Part shown: piece by piece, positions 1-9,984 of the stretch
Position numbering within the stretch: the first letter of the stretch is position 1
How the letters are laid out: every line of letters starts with the position of its first letter
NCBI GenBank assembly: GCA_000092065.1
Contig: CP000586.1
DNA length: 64,000 nucleotides
Direction: 5' to 3' (one strand)
From: Ostreococcus lucimarinus
Taxonomy: Eukaryota
Position numbers and translations under genes: made by a program
Notes under the pieces: model-generated
Told to the model about the DNA's origin: nothing
What the model saw: the letters and a program-made list of their open reading frames with translations, nothing else
The model's database searches: none

Positions 1-2226
1 GCTTTCGCTGTCGGCGTGACGGATGAATCGTCTCAGAGTCGCGTTGGCGTCGGCCGCACAGTTGGCGTATTGTCGGGAGTACCAGTGCTGCTCCACCGCG
101 CTTGACCGCAACCACGTGGCGACTTCACCTTGGGGAGGAATTCCTAGTTGTCGCTCCATGTCAGCGCGCGAGTTTCGCCACATCAAGCCCTTCAAAATTT
201 TATGAAGAAGTTCGCGCGCGGAGACGTCGCCACTCATGTACGGTATTTCAATCATACGTCGCCACCAAAAGTCACCATGTTGAAACGGAGACACCATCAG
301 AAACGTTAACAGACCGAATATATCCCCTAAACCTCGCGAAATGGGCGTGCCCGTGACTGCCCATCGGTGCACTGTGGGCAGCCGGCGCACCATCTCGGCG
401 GCTTTTGACACCGTGGACTCGACCATTTGCGCCTCGTCCAGAACAACGCGCCACCACTTCAATCGAGTCAGTGGTGTCGGCACCACTTCATACTTCTTTT
501 CATATCGTCGTGCTCTCTCAGCGCCGGCCAAGCCGTGTCCATTGGCGGTGTCGATGTCGATTTCAGTACGAAGCGTGTCGTACGTTGTCAGTACGATGTC
601 GGCGTCGGCGAGCTCCTTGGCGGAAAACACGCCCTTCATCGAGCCCCCAGCGCCACTTCGCTTCGACTGTCCCTCATATGTGATGATTTTCAGCGTGCCC
701 GGGCGTACGTGTTGCTTGCACTCGTCTCGCCATTGTTTGATGATGGCGCTCGGGCAGACGACGAGCGTGGCGCCGCACGTCTCGTCTACTGTTTCGCTCG
801 CGTGCGCGGCGATGCATTTACCACACGTGAAATCTTTGAGCTTTCGTCCCCGCTCTTCCTCAGACATTTTCATAAGTTTTATCTCTTGATTTCTGCTTTG
901 GGCTAGCCCCACGCATCTTGCGTGCATCCACGTCTCGCACTTTTCACATTCGATCCACAAACCGTCGTAGAATGGGTCGTCATGTCGCGCACCGCACGGG
1001 CAGCACACCTTCACGGGCGCTTCATCGTCTTTAATGAGCACAACATCATCGATTTCCTCTTTCATGTCATCTGTCATGGGCGGAGGGACAAATTGAGATC
1101 GACTTTGCGCGCGCCGCGGCTCGCGATTCGCCAACACGAGCATGATTACTTCCACCGTTTTCCCAAGACCCATCTCATCGGCCAAGATACCGCCGCTCAC
1201 AGATTCAAAATCGCATTCGAATCGCGTTTTCGTGAGATGACCCGAGTACGGATTTATGTAGCCACCTCCCTCCGGGAGTTCGCGCCAAAGCGGATGCAAC
1301 TCTGTCTTGTCGACGTCGCCGCCGCGTTTCGCCGACAACGCCCCAGCCGGCGCATCCTTCGCTCGTTCTCTCGCCAGCATCCATCCCACGGCTTGTTTCT
1401 GATATGATCGCGGCGTCGGCAAGAGCGCGTAGTAGTCTCGATCGGCTTCTGGACACGCGTTCTCGTTCGGTTTCACGGCTTCAAAAATACCCGCCAAATC
1501 CAAACCGCCGTCAAATCTACCGGGCGCTTCTCCATCGATACCATCGTCGCACAATCCGGCGTAAACGACCGCTAGCGCCTTAAACACCTTCGCGAACCCT
1601 TTAGTGACGCACCCACCGGCCGTTTGCACCTCCGAACACGCCTCGAAAGCTACCGGTTTCATCTTCACCGTCAACCGTCCGCCCTCCGCGCCATCCTTCG
1701 TCAACCGCGCCGTCGCCATCCCTGACCGCATCACCACCCTAAAAGCCTCCGCGTTCACCCCATCCACGCGATACACCGCATCATTCTCACACTTAAACCG
1801 CAGCGACATCGCGTCCGGCGTCGACGGCGCCGCATCCACTTCCACTTCGCCGCCGACGAAGTCGCCCCGCGCGCTCGTCGTCGCCGTCGCCGTCCCATCG
1901 CGCGTCTCCCCGCGCGTCCGACGCGACGCGCGGACGACCGCGACGACGGTCGACGCCGATGCGTTTGTCACGCTCGCCGCGCCGATCCGCGTCGCGACCG
2001 CGCTCCCGAGCGCGACGCCGTCGTCGTTTTCATCGTCGATGGCGAAATTAATCAAACCGTCGCGCGGCGACGCGGCGACGCGTTTCTTCGCGCGCGACGC
2101 GTCGTTCGCCGCCGCGCGCTTCTCGCCGCGCGGCGCGACGTCCGGACGCCGCGCGGACGAGGGGGGGTCGACGTCCACGCCCGCGACGCGCACGCGCGTC
2201 GGGTTTGGATTTTTCGCGCGAGGCAT
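1..2226 (-). CDS. SHPRH-like SNF2-family helicase with PHD-type zinc finger (partial; 3' end runs off the left edge of the window)
   Basis: Minus-strand frame is open from an ATG at 2226 through position 1. Around 1141-1206 it encodes YINPYSGHLTKTRFECDFESVSGGILADEMGLGKT (SNF2 motif I). Around 925-1030 it encodes DEAPVKVCCPCGARHDDPFYDGLWIECEKCETWMHARCVG (Cys/His/Trp spacing consistent with a PHD/CW-type zinc finger). This is consistent with the SHPRH/Rad5-like architecture. The plus-strand ORFs 341..889, 427..906, 922..1407 and 1604..2233 are antisense shadows. Confidence 0.75.
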   Translation of the reverse strand, partial: MPRAKNPNPTRVRVAGVDVDPPSSARRPDVAPRGEKRAAANDASRAKKRVAASPRDGLINFAIDDENDDGVALGSAVATRIGAASVTNASASTVVAVVRASRRTRGETRDGTATATTSARGDFVGGEVEVDAAPSTPDAMSLRFKCENDAVYRVDGVNAEAFRVVMRSGMATARLTKDGAEGGRLTVKMKPVAFEACSEVQTAGGCVTKGFAKVFKALAVVYAGLCDDGIDGEAPGRFDGGLDLAGIFEAVKPNENACPEADRDYYALLPTPRSYQKQAVGWMLARERAKDAPAGALSAKRGGDVDKTELHPLWRELPEGGGYINPYSGHLTKTRFECDFESVSGGILADEMGLGKTVEVIMLVLANREPRRAQSRSQFVPPPMTDDMKEEIDDVVLIKDDEAPVKVCCPCGARHDDPFYDGLWIECEKCETWMHARCVGLAQSRNQEIKLMKMSEEERGRKLKDFTCGKCIAAHASETVDETCGATLVVCPSAIIKQWRDECKQHVRPGTLKIITYEGQSKRSGAGGSMKGVFSAKELADADIVLTTYDTLRTEIDIDTANGHGLAGAERARRYEKKYEVVPTPLTRLKWWRVVLDEAQMVESTVSKAAEMVRRLPTVHRWAVTGTPISRGLGDIFGLLTFLMVSPFQHGDFWWRRMIEIPYMSGDVSARELLHKILKGLMWRNSRADMERQLGIPPQGEVATWLRSSAVEQHWYSRQYANCAADANATLRRFIRHADSES

Positions 2227-2280
2227 GGTGTGAGTCTGCCCGAGACATTATTATGATTATTACAGTACGCGATACAGTAC

Positions 2281-2320
2281 CGATGATGTTGGTTATTGTT
2301 ATCGATGATGTTGGTTATTG
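2281..2320. repeat. Imperfect tandem repeat (cgatgatgttggttattg x2, 4-nt spacer) in the AT-richer spacer between the C2 gene stop and the SHPRH-like start
   Basis: Direct reading: cgatgatgttggttattgttatcgatgatgttggttattg. Confidence 0.8.
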
Positions 2321-2356
2321 ATGAGAGATAAATATGGGTCGACGATGTCGCGCGCG

Positions 2357-5029
2357 TCATACGCGCCAGGGCTTGACGAATGGGTAACACGCCGGCGCGC
2401 ACCGCGAACGCGGGTTGGGCTCGTCTTCGATGTCTTCTTCGAACGTCGCACGCTTTCTGAAGCGTTTCAAGTTGCCATTTCTGTCGTATCCAGTCTTCGG
2501 GGCGTGACAGATGAGCTTGTTCACGCCCGGGATGACCATCAAAATGAATGGAAACGCGAGAAGGTTGTACAAAGTCTGCCCCCAAAACGCGACGCCGTAA
2601 AGTTGCCAGGTTTCGCCGCGACCCCAGTCGACCCACGCCAGAAATCGGATGGAGCAACCAACGGTGACCGCAAAGGTGACAAGTTCGTAGATCCACAGAA
2701 TGCGCTGTACGCGGCGCGGTTGGATGTGCTTGAGCTTCATAACCGTATACGTCACCGTGCCGAGATCGATTTGATGTCGCTGGTGCGTAAGGTCATCCTT
2801 GTAGTACAACGTGTGCATTCCGCTCGCAACATCGTAGTCCTTGACTTTGGCGATGCGGTGAACGTAATGAAATGATTTGAACGCATTTCGCGCGCGTGCC
2901 GTACCACCACGAATACCTTTGGCCGCCGCCAGACGTTCAAGCTGCAAATTCACGATTCGACGGAACCGTTCGAGCGGCGTTTCTTTGCGCTTAACGAAAA
3001 TATACTTCAAAGCCTTCTTCAACGCGCCGTAGGTCTTATACCGTGAACCGATTCCAACGGTTGTGATTCGAATTCTAGCACCAACCAATCTGTGATCGCT
3101 CGCGATCGCGCGCCCAAACGCGAACGAACGACGGAGCTTGTGAAACGCGTACCAGCACATCATGATACGTACGAGGTACGCGCCGACATTGAGCGCGACA
3201 CAAGTGCTCGAATCAATCGCACACGACTGCATCTCTGTTACCCATGGTCCTGTGGTGTCACACGTGTGCGTGGTGCCAGCGTCACGTACGCCGGCACACT
3301 GGATGAACGCGAACACGCCGGCGAAGACGGAAATCGTTCCCGAAATGAACTGAATTCCCTTGAAAACCATGATGTACTCGAACATCTGCCACTCGTCTCG
3401 CCTATCCACGAGAGCCAGACGAATGAAGAACACAAACGCTTGGAGACCGAGACCAAAGTAGAGCTTTGAAACGAGGAACAACCACCAATAAGGATTTCGC
3501 ACCTTACCGAAGATGGAGAGATCACCCGGAACTTCGTTGTAAAGGTACCAGCACCGAATAGATTCAAATAATCCAAACACCGAACGCTTCATGCTGAAGC
3601 TCTGTGGAACGCTCCTGCGTTTAACCTGCTCTGCGTCATTTTGATCTGCTTGAGCGGATCCTTGCGATTTAGCGCTGTCTAGAATTTTCAAACGAATCCC
3701 CAAGTCGCTCATCAGCCCCTGCTGAATATCCGAGATGTACATGTTCACAACGCCTGCGAGATAGTTTCGGATCACCGACGGCATATCGCGATCCGCCACG
3801 GCGAGTTCACAAACCTTATTCTTCTTTTCCTCAATCGTCGCATCGATGACTTTCAAAGCACGGCGCTTTCCAACGTCGACGGCTTGTTCGACTTTGCTAT
3901 TTAGCCAAAGACCGACTCCAGTTTGGTTGAAGCTCTTTCCAAAGTTTCGTGGGTCGACCAGCTGCTTCGCGAAGGACAACATCGCTTTGGCTTCTTCGAA
4001 TATGAACGACGACGTCCGCGGAGGTCGCAGCTTAAAGTGCACGACCAGCTCGTTTGAGTTGCGTTCGACGAAGTATCCGTCGTCAAAGTGCGTCGGTGCC
4101 CGGTTTTCAGGCGTGTTCTTTACTTTGTGCAAATGTAACGCCGCCGCGGGCACTTGCGATGGTGACTTTGAAAGCGCGTCGGCGAGTGAAGGCGATGGAT
4201 CGATCACCTTTGCGTCGGTGTCCTTCACTGACTTTACGTCTTTAAAGTTGGCTTTCATTTTCGCGAAATGCGTCAGAGGCAACGTCGCCGAGCCCATGGC
4301 GTCGTCGGCTGACATGAGATCGAAGTCGTACACTTCAAACTTCAACGAGCAGTCCTTATATCTCAGTTTTTCGCTACCCATGTAAAACGACTCGTTCCAC
4401 ACCGGATTCGTAGTTTTCGGGCGGTACCCCGTTCGGTGTACTTGACCGTCGACGGCGAGCCCGGCGCTGTTGACGATAGACACCTTCACGTACGGGTCCG
4501 ACGTCTCGCCCGCGTCCATGGCGAGCAAACCGCTCCCGGATTCGACGTTCACTCGTATGAATAAGCCGCTCAAGCACTGGATCATGCGAACGTCGACGAA
4601 AATAGAACCCGCGGAACCGTCCTCGTCCTCGTTCGTCGCCTCGCCCGCCGACGAAAACATCGCCGCCCCCGTCGCGCCGACCTCGTACGCGACTCTCTTG
4701 GCGATCGCCATCCCCCCCGAACCGTCGTCCTCGTCGCCTCGCTTCGTCTCCGACGTCGCCGGCGTCGCCTCGACCTCGCGCTTCGCCCCGCGTTCGCGCT
4801 CCGCCGTCGTCGCGTCCTCCTCCGCGTCGCCGCCGCCCCCGACGTCCGACCGCATCCGCATCGCCATCTCCCTCGCCCCCGACAGGTCGGACATCATCTT
4901 CTCCAGCTCATCCGCGTCCGATTCTCCCACCGCGCGCGCCCACGCGCTCTGCCGTCGCTCCGCGCGCGCGCGCTCCGGCGCGGCGTCCTCGTCCGAATCG
5001 TAATCATCGCTCGAGTCGCTCTCCATCAT
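2357..5029 (-). CDS. C2-domain protein with C-terminal multi-pass transmembrane region (MCTP/QUIRKY-like topology)
   Basis: Start taken at MMESDSSDDYDSDEDAAP (ATG at 5029) within the 1354-aa track ORF. The portion upstream of it (5030..6421) is antisense to the YjbQ gene and Arg-rich. A C2 domain is visible (LFIRVNVESGSGLLAMDAGETSDPYVKVSI ... TTNPVWNESF ... FEVYDFDLMSADDAMGSATLPL). Five or six hydrophobic helices follow near the C-terminus (WWLFLVSKLYFGLGLQAFVFFIRLALV, ISGTISVFAGVFAFIQCAG, ILWIYELVTFAVTVGCSIRFLAWV, LLAFPFILMVIPGV). Confidence 0.65.
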   Translation of the reverse strand: MMESDSSDDYDSDEDAAPERARAERRQSAWARAVGESDADELEKMMSDLSGAREMAMRMRSDVGGGGDAEEDATTAERERGAKREVEATPATSETKRGDEDDGSGGMAIAKRVAYEVGATGAAMFSSAGEATNEDEDGSAGSIFVDVRMIQCLSGLFIRVNVESGSGLLAMDAGETSDPYVKVSIVNSAGLAVDGQVHRTGYRPKTTNPVWNESFYMGSEKLRYKDCSLKFEVYDFDLMSADDAMGSATLPLTHFAKMKANFKDVKSVKDTDAKVIDPSPSLADALSKSPSQVPAAALHLHKVKNTPENRAPTHFDDGYFVERNSNELVVHFKLRPPRTSSFIFEEAKAMLSFAKQLVDPRNFGKSFNQTGVGLWLNSKVEQAVDVGKRRALKVIDATIEEKKNKVCELAVADRDMPSVIRNYLAGVVNMYISDIQQGLMSDLGIRLKILDSAKSQGSAQADQNDAEQVKRRSVPQSFSMKRSVFGLFESIRCWYLYNEVPGDLSIFGKVRNPYWWLFLVSKLYFGLGLQAFVFFIRLALVDRRDEWQMFEYIMVFKGIQFISGTISVFAGVFAFIQCAGVRDAGTTHTCDTTGPWVTEMQSCAIDSSTCVALNVGAYLVRIMMCWYAFHKLRRSFAFGRAIASDHRLVGARIRITTVGIGSRYKTYGALKKALKYIFVKRKETPLERFRRIVNLQLERLAAAKGIRGGTARARNAFKSFHYVHRIAKVKDYDVASGMHTLYYKDDLTHQRHQIDLGTVTYTVMKLKHIQPRRVQRILWIYELVTFAVTVGCSIRFLAWVDWGRGETWQLYGVAFWGQTLYNLLAFPFILMVIPGVNKLICHAPKTGYDRNGNLKRFRKRATFEEDIEDEPNPRSRCAPACYPFVKPWRV

Positions 5030-5296
5030 CAGCGCGTTTCGCTCGACCGCCTTACGGAGCGCGCCGAAAAATCCCAATCGCGCCGCTCGCGCCGTCGCCC
5101 GTCGCTTCCGCGCGCGCTCGACGTCGTCGTCGTCGTCGTCGTCGCGACGTTCGGCATCCGGTCGGTCTCCGGCGTCAGTTCGCGCGGCGTCGCGCGCGCC
5201 GTCGCCGTCGCGCGCGCGCGGCGTCGTCGGCGCGCGCGCGCGACCCTTTTCGTTCGTCCCTCGCGCCGCGCCGCGCGCCATCGCGCGCGCGCGACA

Positions 5297-6559
5297 ATGC
5301 GCGTCGCGACGATCGCGTCGTCGTCGTCCGTCGATTCCCCGCGCGCCGACGTCGCGCGCGCCGCGCTGCGCGTCCGCGCGCGCCCCGGCGAGGCGGTCGC
5401 GATCGATCTTCGCGCCGACGCCGCCCTCGCGGTCGCGCTCGCGCGGTGCGACGAGGGCGTCGTCCACGCGTGCGCGACGGACGACGACGTCGCGCTCGTC
5501 TCGACGCGCGACGGCGCGCGACGGACCGGCGCGGTCGACGCGCTCGCGCGCGTCTTCGCGAGGCACGGCGCCGACGTCGCGAGCGCGGCGGTCGGGCGGA
5601 CGTGGGACGGCGTCGCGCTGGACGGCGGCGCGGGCGCGCGCGGGTGCGCGCTCGTCGCGTTCGGCGACGCGGGAGCGGAGGCGCGCGAACGCGAGGTGGT
5701 GGTGACGCTGACGACGCACGCGCGGGCGGGCGAGCGGACGCGGACGCGGTCGAGGGCGCGGGCGAGCGGGTGCCACTTGGTCGAGGCGCCGGCGTGCGAG
5801 GCGACGCCGCGCGCGGGGACGGCGACGTGGGCGCTGGCGGACGGCGACGCGGCGGCGTCGCTCGCCGTCAACGAGAACTGCGACCCGGACGTGCGCGCGG
5901 ACCTGGACGAGGCGCTGGCGGCGATCGTGCGCGAGGCGAGCGAGGACGAGGCGACGCGCGCGGCGGCGAGGGCGATGCTGGTCGGCGGCGCGGTGCGCGC
6001 GCCGGTGACGAACGGGCGCGCGCGGATGGGGACGTGGCAGGGACTGTACCTGTGCGAACACGGGGCGCGCGGCGAACACGCGCGCGACGTCTTGGCGGTG
6101 TGCGACGCGCGTGAAGCGACGGCGCGGACGACGATCGTGGTGAGCGCGGGAAAGCGCGGCTTGCGAGACATCACGGACGACGTGACGGCGGCGATTCGCG
6201 ACGCGCACCGACCGGGGACGATTGGCACTTTGCACTGCTTTTGCGAACACACGTCGGCGTCGCTCGTCGTCGGACCGTCGGATCCCACGTTCGCGACGCG
6301 CTTTGAGGACGCGTTGAACGACATCGTGCCCGAGTCGTGGAACGACGAGTTCTTCAGACACACGGCGGAGGGCCCAGACGACATGCCCGCGCACGTGAAG
6401 AGCACCATCGTGGGGGCGCACAAGACGGTCCCCGTCGACGCCGACGGCACGTTATCTCCCCTGAACGGCCAACGATTGTACTTGTGCGAACACAGAAACG
6501 TGGGTGGATTCAATTCCGGTCTCGCCCGTCGCGTGACGTTGACGTTACAATGCGACTAG
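5297..6559 (+). CDS. Tandem-duplicated YjbQ/UPF0047 family protein (secondary thiamine-phosphate synthase-like) with N-terminal Ala/Arg-rich presequence
   Basis: The C-terminal copy carries the family hallmarks: LHCFCEHTSASLVVGPSDP, PDDMPAHVKSTIVGAHKTVPV, GQRLYLCEHRNVGG, RRVTLTLQ. The N-terminal copy is degenerate: LAVNENCDPDVRADLDEAL and RARMGTWQGLYLCEHGARGEH, with the HTSAS motif replaced. Head-to-head with the C2 gene (267 bp spacer). Confidence 0.75.
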   Translation: MRVATIASSSSVDSPRADVARAALRVRARPGEAVAIDLRADAALAVALARCDEGVVHACATDDDVALVSTRDGARRTGAVDALARVFARHGADVASAAVGRTWDGVALDGGAGARGCALVAFGDAGAEAREREVVVTLTTHARAGERTRTRSRARASGCHLVEAPACEATPRAGTATWALADGDAAASLAVNENCDPDVRADLDEALAAIVREASEDEATRAAARAMLVGGAVRAPVTNGRARMGTWQGLYLCEHGARGEHARDVLAVCDAREATARTTIVVSAGKRGLRDITDDVTAAIRDAHRPGTIGTLHCFCEHTSASLVVGPSDPTFATRFEDALNDIVPESWNDEFFRHTAEGPDDMPAHVKSTIVGAHKTVPVDADGTLSPLNGQRLYLCEHRNVGGFNSGLARRVTLTLQCD

Positions 6560-6586
6560 CGTTAGCGCCGTGTAACGCGGTTCGGT

Positions 6587-6883
6587 TTAGTACGCGTTCG
6601 CGTGCGCGCCCGCCTTCCAATCCTTCGCCCTCGGCGCGACGTTTTTCGCGTTCGGCACGAACTTCGAGTCCTCGTCCCTCAGCCGCACCTCGTGATTCCT
6701 CAATCGCGCGTGATCGATCCGTCCGTCGTACCCCTCCGTCGTGCGCGTCTTTTCGTACTGCTCCTCCAGGTAACAATCGCGCGCGCTCTTCCCCGCCCAG
6801 TCCCCTTTCGCGCCCCACGCGTGTTCGCTCGCGGGCGGGACGTACGCGACGTGCGGTTCGTGCACGCCGGGCGTGATCGGCAT
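6587..6883 (-). CDS. Small hypothetical protein (about 98 aa), non-repetitive
   Basis: This is the C-terminal part of track ORF 6587..7618(-), beginning at an ATG at 6883: [98 protein letters not shown]. The rest of that ORF upstream is poly-Arg junk. Complex, non-repetitive composition. Its stop lies 28 nt downstream of the YjbQ stop (convergent). No family recognised. Confidence 0.35.
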   Translation of the reverse strand: MPITPGVHEPHVAYVPPASEHAWGAKGDWAGKSARDCYLEEQYEKTRTTEGYDGRIDHARLRNHEVRLRDEDSKFVPNAKNVAPRAKDWKAGAHANAY

Positions 6884-7087
6884 CGCGATTCGCGCTCTTC
6901 GTCGCGCTGTGTCGCGCGTCGTCGTCGTCGCCGCGCGCGCGAAAACGCTCGAGTAACGCTCGAGTCTCACGGTCCGTCCGTTTACAACACGGATTTCAGG
7001 GCACAAACCCTCGGCGGCGTCGCGGGCGCGCCGTCGCGACGCGCGGCGCCGCGCACCGACGCGCGCGCGCGACGCGAACGCGCGCGC

Positions 7088-7170
7088 ATGCACACGACGC
7101 GCCCGTGCGGCGCCGCGCGCGACGCGCGCGCGATGTTCGCGTCGACGATGCGTCGACGCGCGCGATGGAT

Positions 7171-7201
<31 letters not shown>

Positions 7202-9922
7202 ACGACGACGGCGCGGACGCGCGGCGCGCGCGCGGCGACGGCGGCGACGACGGCGACGACGGGACGACGACGAATCGACGCGACGCGACGCGCGGCGATC
7301 GCGAGCGAGAGCGAGCGGACGACGAGCGCGGGGTACGCGTTCGGCGACGTCGAGGCGAAGTGGCAAAAGTTTTGGCGGGAGGAGAAGACGTTCGCGACGC
7401 CGCGCGCGATCGACGCGACGAAGCCGAAATTTTACGCGCTGGACATGTTTCCGTATCCCAGCGGCGCGGGGCTGCACGTCGGACATCCCGAGGGGTACAC
7501 GGCGACGGATATCGTGGCGAGGTATAAGCGAATGACGGGGCACAACGTGTTGCATCCGATGGGATGGGACGCGTTTGGATTGCCGGCGGAGCAGTACGCG
7601 ATCGAAACCGGAACGCATCCGAGAGACACGACGAAAACGAACGTCGGGAGGTTTCGCGAGCAGTTGCAGAGCCTCGGGTTTTCGTACGATTGGGATCGAG
7701 AGGTGGCGACGTGCGACGCGACGTATTACAAGTGGACGCAGTGGATCTTTTTAAAGTTGTTGGAGAAAGATTTGGCGTACCAAGCCGAGGTGCCGGTGAA
7801 TTGGTGTCCAGCGCTCGGAACGGTGCTGGCGAACGAGGAAGTGATCGATGGATTGAGCGAGCGCGGGAACCATCCCGTCATTCGCAAGCCGATGAAGCAG
7901 TGGATGTTGAAAATCACTCAATACGCCGATCGATTGTTGGAGGACTTGGACGAGCTCGACTGGCCGGATTCGATCAAGGAAATGCAACGAAACTGGATCG
8001 GTAAGTCCGAGGGCGCTCAACTCGCGTTCGCCGTGGACGGCTTGGGCGCCGACGCCGAAAAGTTGGAAGTGTACACCACTCGACCGGATACGCTCTTCGG
8101 CGCGACGTACTTGGTCGTCGCCCCGGAGCATCCGATGATCGACGCTCTTTCCGCGGGAGGCGCGCAAAAAGATCAAGTCGCCGAGTATGTTCTCGCGGCA
8201 TCTCGCAAGAGCGATCTCGAGCGCACGGAATTGAGCAAAGAGAAGACGGGTGTCTTTACGGGTTCGTACGCCGTGCACCCGCTTACGGGCGAAAAGCTCC
8301 CCATTTGGGTTGCCGATTACGTGCTCGGATCTTACGGCACCGGTTCCATCATGGCTGTGCCCGCGCACGACGAACGTGACTACGAATTTGCGCAAGCGTT
8401 CGATTTACCCATCGTTGAAGTCGTGCAAAAGCCGAAAGACACCGAAGGCGTGTACTCGGGCGGCGGAAAGATGATGAATAGCAAGTGCGCCGCCATCGAC
8501 GTGGACGGGTTGGACAACGTCCAGGCGGGGCTCAAAATCATCGACTACGTCAACGAAAAGGGCGTCGGGTACAAGAAGACCAACTACAAGCTCCGAGACT
8601 GGCTCTTCGCCCGTCAGCGTTACTGGGGCGAACCGTTCCCGGTTGTGTTCCCCGAAGACGATCCGAACACCGCGGTGCCCATTCCTGAATCTGAGCTTCC
8701 TTTGGTGTTGCCGGAGACGGACAACTTCAAGCCCAGCGGCTCGGGCGAGGGTCCGCTGGCGAACTGCGAAGACTGGGTGAAAACCGTCGATCCGCGCACT
8801 GGAAAGCCCGCGCGCCGGGAGACGAACACCATGCCTCAGTGGGCGGGCTCGTGCTGGTACTACCTGCGCTTCATCGACCCGACGAACGAAGACGCCCTCA
8901 TCGACGGCTCGCTCGAAAAGTATTGGTTGCCGGTTGATTTATACGTCGGTGGCGCCGAGCACGCCGTGTTGCACTTGCTTTACGCGCGGTTTTGGCACAA
9001 AGTGCTGTACGACATCGGCGTCGTGAGCACGAAGGAACCGTTCCAACGATTGGTTTCGCAAGGGATGATTTTGGGCGAAGTCGAGTATTCGGCGCACGTG
9101 GACGCCGACGGCGCGTTCGTCGAAGGTAACAAGACGAGCGGGTTACAAACCATCAAGGTGCCCGCGAGTGATGTCACGAAAAAGGGTGACGGTTTCGTTC
9201 TCACCGCTAACCCGAAGGTTAAGATCTCCGCGCGTGCGCACAAGATGAGCAAGTCTCGCGGCAACGTCGTCAATCCGGATGACGTCGTCGGCGAGTACGG
9301 CGCCGATTCTCTTCGTTTATACGAAATGTTTATGGGTCCGTTGCGAGACACCAAGATTTGGCAAACAAAGGGTGTTGAAGGTTGCTACAGGTTTTTGGCG
9401 CGAACGCACCGTTTGTTGGACAAAGTGACGGATGAAAAGCCCGACGACGAGGGCCTCGTGGCGTTGAACAAGTGCATCGCCAAGGTTACGGAGGAAACCG
9501 AGCAGATGCGTTTCAACACCGCCATCTCCGCGATGATGGAACTCACCAACGCTTGCACAAAAATGGACAAAGTCTCGCGCGACATCCTGGAGCCGTTTTC
9601 TTTACTTTTGTCTCCTTACGCGCCGCACCTTAGCGAAGAGATGTGGGAGCGTCTCGGTCACTCGGGATCAAATTCGCAAACGGCTTGGCCCGTCGCCGAC
9701 GAGAGCTTGCTGGTGCAAGACACGGTGGATATCGGCGTGCAAGTAAATGGTAAGATGCGAGGAACGATTTCGGTTAGCTTAGAAACGTCGCAAGACGATG
9801 CGATGGCGGCGGCGTTGGCGCAAGATTCGGTGAAAAAGTTCACCGAAGGCGTCGACATCAAAAAAATAATCTACGTGCCCGGTAAAATCCTCAACATCGT
9901 CGCCCCTCCGGCGAAGAAGTAA
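7088..9922 (+). CDS. Leucyl-tRNA synthetase, bacterial/organellar type, with N-terminal presequence containing poly-Thr/Ala low complexity
   Basis: Class I aaRS HIGH motif (HVGHPEGY). Further conserved stretches: [70 protein letters not shown] (KMSKS motif) and [18 protein letters not shown]. Start placed at the first ATG (MHTTRPCG...) after the poly-Arg antisense stretch. The 6602..7087 part of the track ORF is an open-frame artefact. Confidence 0.9.
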
Positions 9923-9954
9923 GTTCGCATCGCGCATCGCATTGTAGTCAGTAA

Positions 9955-9984
9955 TCTATTTCATTCTATTTCATTCTATTTCAT
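9955..9984. repeat. Short tandem repeat (ctatttcatt)x3 in the convergent 3' spacer between LeuRS and the 9976..10797 gene
   Basis: Direct reading: ctatttcattctatttcattctatttcat. Confidence 0.85.

Noticed and set aside
341-2233. Plus-strand track ORFs 341..889, 427..906, 922..1407 and 1604..2233
   Set aside because: All lie antisense to the continuous minus-strand SHPRH-like reading frame, which contains SNF2 motif I and a PHD finger. Their translations are low-complexity.
5030-6421. N-terminal 460 codons of the 1354-aa track ORF 2357..6421(-), plus track ORFs 5029..6513(-) and 5446..6114(+)
   Set aside because: Arg/Ala-rich, low-complexity translations lying exactly antisense or out of frame to the YjbQ gene (5297..6559 +), which has strong domain evidence. 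These are open-frame artefacts of GC-rich DNA. The C2 gene starts at 5029.
6587-7618. Track ORFs 6587..7618(-) upstream of 6883, 6602..7087(+) and 7105..7527(+): poly-Arg/poly-Asp translations
   Set aside because: These derive from the (GACGACGGC)n-like tract that encodes the poly-Thr/Ala presequence of LeuRS. Only the LeuRS frame (and the small 6587..6883 ORF) shows complex sequence.
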